A stretch of DNA of 56,107 nucleotides, the filler included, from Sphacelaria rigidula (Eukaryota): assembly GCA_964200075.2 (NCBI GenBank). It is 7 parts of 7 records of this genome, joined end to end, with 100 filler letters (N's around TTAATTAATTAA, not from the genome) between each part and the next. Parts side by side here need not be neighbours in the genome. Positions count along the whole stretch, not along the records: positions 48,179 to 56,107 come from CAXNAA020012946.1; 6 more parts are not named here. One strand, 5' to 3'. The first letter of the stretch is position 1. Every line of letters starts with the position of its first letter. The translations under genes and the position numbers were made by a program. The notes beneath the pieces were generated by a model, which worked only from the letters and a program-made list of their open reading frames with translations, did no database searches and was not told the DNA's origin. Positions 48,330 through 56,107 of the stretch are shown here, in pieces.

Positions 48330-51300
48330 GAATGACATCTCACGAGGGCAGCGAATCATCGGCATCACACGGGATGTACACGGCGACAGAACGAGAAGGC
48401 ACGGTAGGAACCTTGATCAAGCGAGACAACAAATCTCCCCAACAATTGTGCTCTCCAGGAATGTGTCCAATGACATACCGATATTGTTGGGCTCTCAGTA
48501 ACTCCCACATGTCTTCTTGGCTTGGCATCAACCTTGGAGACTGCTCTACTTGCGCGTTCATCGCCTGATAGTCGCTGTCCAAACGGAGTGTGTCCCTCTT
48601 CGGCACAGCCATCGCCGGACTCGCCCACACAGCCTAAATGTTCCCAACCAGCAAACCAAACGCCACCAAATCTGCGATGCATAAAGCTAGCCACACGGTC
48701 TTCACCGGATCGTACCGTCTGGGCTTGGCCTTCACCGCATTTGCCTGGGGCTTAAGCTGCATCCTCATGGGCTCTACGCGCGCTGGCAGATCACCACGCA
48801 GCGCACGGCGAAGTGTATCTACGCGACAAGCCAAGATATCGCGCAGACAATGTGCGCCATCGGCGCTCAGGCCCTTTTGCTCGGCCTGCTGCACGCTATC
48901 TTCAAGTGCACGTTCTCTGGCACCTCTTCCCTCCGCTGTATCCATGAACATGTCGGGCCCCCGATCGACCAAGCGCCCCACCGCTTCATCCGCAGGAGCC
49001 TCCTCCTCATTGGCGCTCTGAAATGATCATATGGATACGATCACACGCCTTGCAGCGAGGTAACTGGGGTTTTCCACCCCGGTTTGCACCAGCACAGCAC
49101 GCGGACGTAACTTATCCAACGCCAGCGGATACAAATCAATGCCGAGCTCCTTCATCGTCGCCATCCCTAATAGTACCACGTTGTCCCTACGGGACATGAC
49201 AGCAAAAGTAATGGGGTGAAACTCCACAGACCCCCACGGCGTACGCACGCTAACAGTAATTGGCACCGTTTTGTGTGTAACCGTCACGAGAGCACCCGTG
49301 GCGGTCTGTGCCCTTTGCGGTCCGTTTACGAACGGAATCTGAAGCTGAGCGCCGCCAAACTGCGAAAACGTTTGCTCCAGCAACCCCACACCGATCGACG
49401 TGAACGCGGATCCAGAATCCAGAATAACGCGGGCCATGAACGAACCTACAGAACCCGGCAAGGATACTTTTGCGCGTAAGCATTCAGCCTTGCGATCGAC
49501 AGGTACCCCGCCTGCCGAAGAACCCTATTCTGTACCAAGAGTCACCTGACGCCAAGGCTTCCCTCCAGCACTTGACATCGATAGCTGCGAATCGTCGGTC
49601 CAACCAGACCAAGTCGCCGAATATGCAGACGCCGCTGTACAGCCGTCGCAGCCGTAGGAAATGCACCAGTCACGGATCCTGCCTAGGACACTTTCGACGA
49701 TAGCCCCCCCCGAAAAAGTGCATGGATTTGGGAGGCAAAACCTTCACGTGAATCGAAATGGGAAAAGCCGAGCACAACAAGAAGCTGGATATTCCCACGC
49801 TTGGGTTCGTTCTAGCCAATGTCGCCAATATGAGGTGCTTTATGCAGCCTGAGACCGAACATCAGGCGCTGATTGGCCATTTTTTCGTCAGGCTTTTAGC
49901 TGGTTTTGGGGGGGGGCTATCGTAGAAAGTGTCCTAACCGAGGGGTTGCGAACTATTCGCTCCAGTACTCCTCACCGAAGTATTAGCATTTCCCACGTAC
50001 ACAGTCCGCCCCGCTACGGACGAACCATAAGATCAAGAGTCACCACCTGATGACGTAGCGGAAGAAACAGTAGCGGAGAAACCACAATCCGCCGCCAATT
50101 GCTTGCTACCGCGGCTGCCGGGCCCGCATCCCTCATTGGCACGGCCCCGTCCACCGTGACAACCGCCCCGAGATCCTGATGAACCTCGCGCATTGCCCTG
50201 TGCAGTGCCTTGAGCGCGAGGCTTTGGACGGTCCTTGATCATATGTCCGGTGTCGCTGCAGTTGTAACACGCGCGAGTGGACGACGCTCGCGAAGACGGC
50301 GGCTGTTTCTGTTGCTGTTGCTGTTTGCGGCGCATACCACCGGCACTTGTTGCAGAATCGCGCCGGCTATGTGCTTCAATGAACTTGAATGGTCGGCGGC
50401 CTCAAATATTGTTTTGAACACCACCGTCGGATTCTTGTTCCAGCTGTCAACGTATGTTAGTACACTTCTGATATACGCCTTGAATTCCGGAGGCGAAATC
50501 CCGTCCACCAAAGCTATGGAAACCGACTCGGCCGGGCCTGGCGACCAACTCCTGTCCTCCGCACGGTACATGGCTTGCACCGTAAGGTTCTCTGCAAAAC
50601 TTCTCCAACGATACACTGACCATCATCGCACGATCTTTGACAGATTTCTCACCGCTTTCTGGCAGAGTAAGAACTTTCGTAGATCTGCTGCAGCCCGCGT
50701 AGCGTTATGCTTGCCGCCGGTTGTAGTATACCCGGCATGCTGCTTCACAGCACCAAGCAACTCATCGGGGGTCATAGCCCGACGGCCCTTGTACATATCT
50801 TCGAAACCGGTGAATATAGGTAGGAATGAGCTGTCCTGTGCTCACCCTCTCATGCCGTATGACTCCTGTACTGTTGGCTAAAATCCGCCTCTCTAGATAG
50901 TCGATATATGCGGCATAAAAACTTCTCGGCGCCTCTTCGGTCCACACTTCGCCATACTTCGGCGGCTCTAGTGGCTCACCTAACACCAGCGGTGCTGCCG
51001 CCGCTTGAACCATGTCGACTAGACTTCAACACTTCACTGAGAGACTCTTGCCTGAATTGTGCGTCCTCCAGCTCACGGAGGGTCCCCTACTGCTGTGCGC
51101 TTCAAGCTGGTCTCCTCCTGTCTGCGGGATGAACTGGCTCCCAGCTGCAGTCCACTTTCTCCTTAGCCAAACTACTCTAACAGAGTGCCGGAAGGATATC
51201 TAAAGATTGTAGCCTCTACCAGATGCTGTGGACAAAAGGACTTTCAACGAAGGACTCCTCCAGTAGCACTGGCCTCGTGCTCGACAAGGCCTTTTTTCTA

Positions 51301-51356
51301 CCTTGTTATTATCACGGAGTGATCCTCAACAGACCACATCACCAGCGAGACAGCAA
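48330..51356 (-). mobile_element. Degenerate Ty3/gypsy LTR retrotransposon (gag, protease, truncated RT/RNase H)
   Basis: Zn knuckle CYNCSDTGHMIKDR (50228-50269); protease ILDSGS (~49411-49425); RT N-terminus WASPAMAVPK..LRL..DYQAMN; RNase H end HIPGEHNCWGDLLSR; PBS-like TGGTAGAGG at 51221, 2 nt from a candidate LTR CA end at 51224; stops and frameshifts. LTR far edge uncertain. Confidence 0.88.
49686..49934. mobile_element. MITE, 249 bp, 26-bp TIRs, TA-flanked, nested in the gypsy element
   Basis: TA|GGACACTTTCGACGATAGCCCCCCCC...GGGGGGGGCTATCGTAGAAAGTGTCC|TA (25/26). Confidence 0.88.
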
Positions 51357-52347
51357 GGGGACACACAGATGAGGGTCATCAATCCAGGATCTCCTGTCCC
51401 CTGCCACTGCTCCAATCATGCATACGATTATACTGTCCTAGTGGAGAAGGGAGGGCAAAAAAAACGAAAGAAGGGAGGAGACGTTGTGGCGAAGGAGCAT
51501 GGTTCAAAGCGGTGTGTGGACGTCGTGGGTATGATCGATGTTGCGCTGGAGACCGCGGCGACCTACCGTCGACGCCAAATATAGTGAGGTTACGGTGCTG
51601 TATATGGCAAGCACAGACTCACAAGGCAAGGCAAGGGGCCAGTCCGCAGACTGAACAGCCAGGCCAAACAACAGGCACCACCTCACACAGATGTGTCCGA
51701 AAGACACCAAAATATCACGCGCAGGTATGATGTTATCACTTCTTGCTTGGTCTCAACCTTCCAGTATCCAATCAATCCAGTCTCTCACGTTCTGTCAGTC
51801 TCACCTGTATTAGACTTCTTTTCTGAGAGAGTGGGGTAGATGGTAGTGCTTGCATGCGGTACGGTGCATCCAAGCGCCTTCTATTCTATCCTCGCTATAT
51901 ACAAGTTCACACTCGTATCTGACCAACTCGGAACAGACCTGCAGTCTTAGAAGTAGTCTGGGTGAAATATAAACGGACTTATTGACGGGTCTGAGGCGGC
52001 ATGACAACAGGCTGATATGCCTCTCATGACACTTCACACTAAGGCCCAGATGTTCGCCATGAGAGACCCCGAAACTGCAGAGCCTCAGAAAAAAAATTAC
52101 CCCTATCGCACAACCACTTGGGTCGGACCCCCACACTGCCTTGCGCATAGCTTGCAAACGCTCGAGGCGCCTACCCCACATGGTCAATGGTCAAACGACT
52201 AAGGCAAGCAACAAGTTAGTACGCCCCCCCCACACATGGCTGCCGCGAGGCTACCTAACCGAGCCTCCGGGTAATCGGCACTTGAACCCGCTTGCGAGGT
52301 AAGTGTTAGATCAGGTTTACTCCTTCCTTCAAGAAAAAAGTAGTAAC

Positions 52348-54190
52348 CTAGGGAGCTGGCTACGGTGCGAGTGGTGTCGCTAGAAAGATCTACTCGGCAT
52401 CTTCCCATGCCACTAGGGTTTTATGGCACGACAGGGTCTACCTTGGTGTAGAAAACAATATGAAAAAGGGGTCACCTGAGATGGCATCAGACTGCAAATT
52501 TCTGTCACGATGGTGTTACTGCCGCGCGACGAGGGTTCGTTGCTGAAGCGGCGGCATGTGCTCCTTACGCCGCTCAGTCAAAATCCAAGTATACCAACGA
52601 CTTGACTGCTAGGGAGCTGGCTACGGTGCGAGTGGTGTCGCTAGAAAGATCTACCCCTCGATATCTTTCCATGTCACTAGGGTTTTATGGCACGACAGGG
52701 TCTTACCTTGGTCTAGAAAACAATACAAAAAAGGTGAAAGAGCGGGTCGAGTAGAGAATGTACTTTTGAGTACTCGAGTATTTTACTCGAGTATTTACTC
52801 TACTCAGAATTTGAGTAGGTCGAGTACGGCCTCGAATACTCGACTCATACATAGAGTAAGCACTATCAAAAATACTTGAGTATAGATTATCACTTGGGTA
52901 TGAACTCAATACTCTACTTAAGTTTGAGTAGATCGAGTACGGCCTCATATACCCTACTCAAATCTTCGGTAGGGTGAGTATGGCCTCACATACTCCACTC
53001 AAATATTAAGTAAGCACTCTGAGTAATACTTCAGTGTAGAGTGTCACTTGGGTATGACCTCAATACTCTATTCAAAGTTTGAGTAGGCCGAAAACGGCCT
53101 AAAATACTCTACTCAAATTTTGAGTAGATCGAGAACGACCTCCAATACTCGACTCAAATATTGAGTAAGCACTCAGTAATACTTGAGTATAGAGTATCAC
53201 TCGAGTACAACCTCAATACTCTATTCAAACTTTTAGTAGGTCGAGTACAGCCCCACATACTCTACTCAAATTTTGAGTAGATTGAGTACGGCCTCACATA
53301 CTCTACTCAAAATTATAGATCAAGTACGACCTCCAATACTCTACTCAAATATTGAGTAAGCACTCTCAGTAGTACTTGAGTATAGAGAATCCCTTGGGTG
53401 GTGAGTATCCGTGACCGTCGGCGACTTCGTGGCGTCACTTCACAGACTACGTTGAATACATGGTCAAACGATGGCCATCAATTAGATGGGTGTCATTACA
53501 TTACTACAGGTTATGAGGAACATGAGCGAATGATGGCCATAAAAAGAATAGCGTGCAGGTGAATGAACAGTGAACCCACCTGCCCCAGCAGGGTCCGGCC
53601 TCAGATACTCTCCCCAACTTTCGGGTAGACTAGATATGAACGCAAATAGTCTACTCAAATTTCGAGTAGGTCGAGTACGGCCTTAAATACTCTACTCATA
53701 TTTCGAGTAGATCGAGTTCGGTCCCAAATACTCTACTCGAAATTTGAGTAAGCACCCTCAGTAATCCTTGAGTGTAGAGCATCACTTGGGTATGACCTCA
53801 ATACTCTACTCAAATTCTGAGTAGGTTGAGCATGGCCTCAAATACTCGACTCAAATTTCGATTAGATCGAGTACGACCTCAAATATTCTACCCAAATATT
53901 GAGTAAGCACCCTCAGTAATACTTGAATACAGAGTATCACTTGAGTATAACCTCAACACGACCTCAAACACTATACTCAATAGTTGAGTACTAAAAGTAT
54001 GACTCTTCGAAAATAATGAGTACTGAGTACACTCTACTCCACCTGCCCTTGAAAAGGTGTCACCGGAGATGGCATAAGACTGCGATTTTTTCGTGACGAT
54101 GGTGTTACTACCGCACGACGAGCGTTGCGGTAGCGGCGGTATGTGCTCTTTACGCCGCACAAAGTCAAAACCCAAGTATTCCAACAACTG
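52348..54190. repeat. Tandem duplication of a ~261-bp unit; second unit split by a TIR element
   Basis: ctagggagctggctacggtgcgagtggtgtcgctagaaagatct at 52348 and 52609; the second half of unit 2 resumes at 54052 (aaaaggtgtcaccggagatggcat...). Confidence 0.9.
52737..54051. mobile_element. Non-autonomous TIR DNA transposon (hAT- or P-like, 8-bp TSD) filled with a palindromic tandem array
   Basis: TSD AAAAGGTG at 52729-52736 and 54052-54059; TIRs AAAGAGCGGGTCGAGTAGAG versus reverse-complement CAAGGGCAGGTGGAGTAGAG (16/20), followed by TGTACT. Confidence 0.85.
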
Positions 54191-56107
54191 AACTGCGGGA
54201 TCCAAGGCGAAGATGAAAAATGCCGGTGAGCCGACCGGCACACGTGCGAATGTCCAACTTGCAAAAACATAACGGGTGGAAGTACAATAGAAAACATTCG
54301 CATATTATTCAGGAGATCAACAACGCAGAGAACAAACGGCGTCCGAACCGGACGCCAGGGAAAAATCGGACCAACAGCATAGTCCCCACACGACATGAAG
54401 TATCCACCAAATTTCCACCCGACCGTTCACTAAACAACAGAAGGAGCACCAACAAGGACAAAACAAGAAAAATCCACCTACCCGCCGGTGAAAGTATCTC
54501 AGAAAGGAAGCAGCGACAGCAACTACGATTGTCCGTTTATGAAACAGCGACGGCCACAATTCTTGCACGAAAAAGATGAACGAGAGACGGTATTCACCGT
54601 GAACAGAGAGCTTTAACCCTACCGACCACAATCGTACCTCGGGACATTTCACGGTAAGGGTATAGGGGTGTGTTTCGGTCAAATGAATGCCCAGCAACAG
54701 CCGTTTTGAGACCTTGCTTCAGGCGGTAAAGAGGACTTGCAGAGTGGTCCTTCATGTCGATGTCCACGACGCGTAGGTAACTCGGCGACGCCCAACCCTG
54801 TGAATCTGCACCCACGCGAAAGAACATAAGCTATACGTGAGTCACGTAGAACCCGTTTTGGGGGGTCAACATTTCCTCCACCCCCCCCCCAACCGTTTCT
54901 GCCGTCGCATGACTCACTCCCTTCGAGAAGATGGAGAATAAAAAATAAAAACGCGCAAACTGAGACGATGCACTTTTCGAAACATATCGACGATCTCCCT
55001 TCTGTTACCAACCTACCCGCGGTCCGGGCAACATGAAAAAAATAGAAGCTCGTGACGTACGATTAAAATACAAAACGAAATCACACCCAAGCCGAAAAAT
55101 GGGAGGGGGTGCACTCATTTCTTGCTTGCCTTACGTCAAAATGGGGAGGACAAGGACATTACTACTGCTACTTACTCTGGTTCCCACCTTCTCTACCCTC
55201 TTGTCCTCAACCATGCGCTCTCGAAACTTGATTACGTTCTGCGGACATGACCAGCGAGACATCAACTTATCAGAGCAAACGCCAACATCGACGTCGCGCT
55301 ACATCCTTCCGTTCACTGTTCCATGTGGAATATGACATACCACATGGCTTTTTCCCATGCATCCCCTTACATTCGCCACGTATCTAGACACCCCTCTTTC
55401 TTACGAAAAAGCTGCACACTTCGCTACCCTCTGCCCCCACCCCCAGGCCGAATTCCTTCAGTCTTCGCCCCGTTTCCCTCAAAACCGTAGAAGGCATTGA
55501 AACATGCACTGACTTGAGGCGCCACGAACCGCGGACCACTGCACAACACGAACTACACACCACTATAGGACGGAGCCGAACAGCTATAGGATCACCACTA
55601 CCATCACCACCACCCGAAAGTCTTATGCAACACAACCCAGACCAGTACGATACACTTCCACATACACTGAGAAGGACGAAAAAATGCATGCTGATACCCC
55701 CCTTCCACCCTCCCTCCCTGCCACCATGAAACATGTTTCCTTCTCTCCTACCACACCTATCCTGCAACTTCCTGGATCCCGTTCTTCTCTTTTCTATTCA
55801 TTTGCATGCCAAGCAGGTTCGTTCAAGCAGAAGTTGTACCTCCCTCCCTTCCTCACCTGCCTTACTCTGCCCCCTTCCCCTTGCTTTTCCTCAACTTAAT
55901 GTCTCATAGTCATGATCCAGCACGACCGCTTCTCCGGGGTACCTGCATACTTTTCTTAAACGTACTCTCACCCCTCGCACGGGGTCTCATACTTTCCCTG
56001 CTGCACACTATTTCCCCCCCCCCCCCCCCCCCCCCCCCCCAACCCCATCCCAACCCCCACCCCCGCCCACCCCCCCCCCCATCAAACCCTTTCAATTCTA
56101 TATAACA

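Noticed and set aside
52790-53990. CRISPR array
   Set aside because: The palindromic units are contiguous and mutually similar with no unique spacers, there are no cas genes, and the context is eukaryotic inside a TIR element.
56013-56090. Poly-C/Pro ORF or telomere-like end
   Set aside because: Low-complexity homopolymer at a contig end with no regular telomeric unit.

Overview
Eukaryotic, intron-containing, repeat-rich DNA. It is most likely a stramenopile such as a brown alga, but this is inferred from gene and repeat style and not proven. The window is not one locus: it is seven near-equal contigs (7930, 7930, 7930, 7930, 7929, 7929, 7929 bp) joined by 100-nt N spacers containing TTAATTAATTAA, so nothing can be inferred across gaps. 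Host genes: five exons of a P5A-type ATPase (Spf1/ATP13A1-like), a probable DEK-like first exon, and a divergent unknown first exon. Mobile DNA: an intron-containing, internally deleted P/THAP9-like transposase relic with a C-terminal multi-Zn domain, a deleted Ty3/gypsy element, a copia gag relic, two tRNA-derived SINE families, and several MITE families. The most notable items are: (i) a 1.3-kb TIR element with an 8-bp TSD, an adjacent empty-site paralogue and a palindromic ~39/155-bp higher-order array; (ii) the spliced P-like element; (iii) a pair of unknown paralogous C-terminal coding segments with mostly synonymous divergence; and (iv) a GCGACA 3' end shared by three retroposon families. 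No CRISPR, rRNA or genuine tRNA gene is supported.
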